Part shown: piece by piece, positions 36,452 through 36,576 of the stretch
Position numbering within the stretch: position 1 is the first letter of the stretch
Layout of the letters: each line of letters begins with the position of its first letter
Origin: a virus
Taxonomy: Duplodnaviria > Caudoviricetes
Reading direction: 5' to 3' (one strand)
DNA: 36,576 bases
Virus record (IMG/VR): IMGVR_UViG_3300011335_000146
Span: 1-36,576 of that record
Notes under the pieces: model-generated
The model's input: only the letters and a program-made list of their open reading frames with translations
Database searches by the model: none
What the model was told of the DNA's origin: nothing
Translations under genes and position numbers: made by a program

Positions 36452-36534
36452 TGTGGATAAGATGTGGATAAAGGCTGTGGATAACCTGTGGATAACCCTC
36501 CAAAACAGGGAAATAACTTAAAATCTGTGGATAA
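36452..36534 (-). promoter_or_regulatory. Cluster of five consensus DnaA boxes (TTATCCACA on the minus strand)
   Basis: TGTGGATAA at 36452, 36463, 36476, 36487 and 36526. Confidence 0.85.
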
Positions 36535-36576
36535 GTTATGCAGCAAGCGCGCGGTTTACTGCGAGGTGCTCGAGGC

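Larger units (their letters stand above)
1..36576. mobile_element. HK97-like tailed phage (siphovirus) genome, apparently complete
   Basis: Contiguous terS-terL-portal-protease-capsid-neck-tail-lysis-early-replication-HNH order with no host genes. HNH at the end and terS at the start would be adjacent on a circular map, as in HK97. Confidence 0.95.

Noticed and set aside
36405-36521. Short ORF MTNRYQ...VDKMWIKAVDNLWIT
   Set aside because: The peptide is largely the translation of the DnaA-box repeats and is most likely incidental.
1-36576. Alternative genetic code
   Set aside because: Core genes are full length under the standard code and coding density is high.

Overview
The window looks like a complete or near-complete 36.6-kb genome of an AT-rich HK97-like siphovirus. 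It opens just before the small terminase gene and ends in the presumed cos region after an HNH gene. Order: head (73-7009), neck and tail (7012-24836), lysis (24833-26140), a leftward early operon with ERF recombinase, SSB, MazG-like and small ORFs (26124-30966), an AT-rich divergent control region, then a rightward operon with Cro-like, DUF1364, DUF1376 initiator, P-like, nuclease, ferritin-like and HNH genes (31192-36392). I found no integrase, CI repressor, tRNA or CRISPR array. The SSB sequence suggests a betaproteobacterial host (inference). Most notable: tandem paralogues of both capsid and tail tube genes; a non-coding chain of repeated, interlocking stems carrying variable structured inserts (34895-35231) directly upstream of a divergent Acb2-like gene; five perfect DnaA boxes next to the packaging region; a pseudoknot-capable leader on the replication initiator; and a tail tip protein with an apparent signal peptide, overlapping a GNAT-like gene. 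All family assignments come from recognising motifs by eye, not from database searches.
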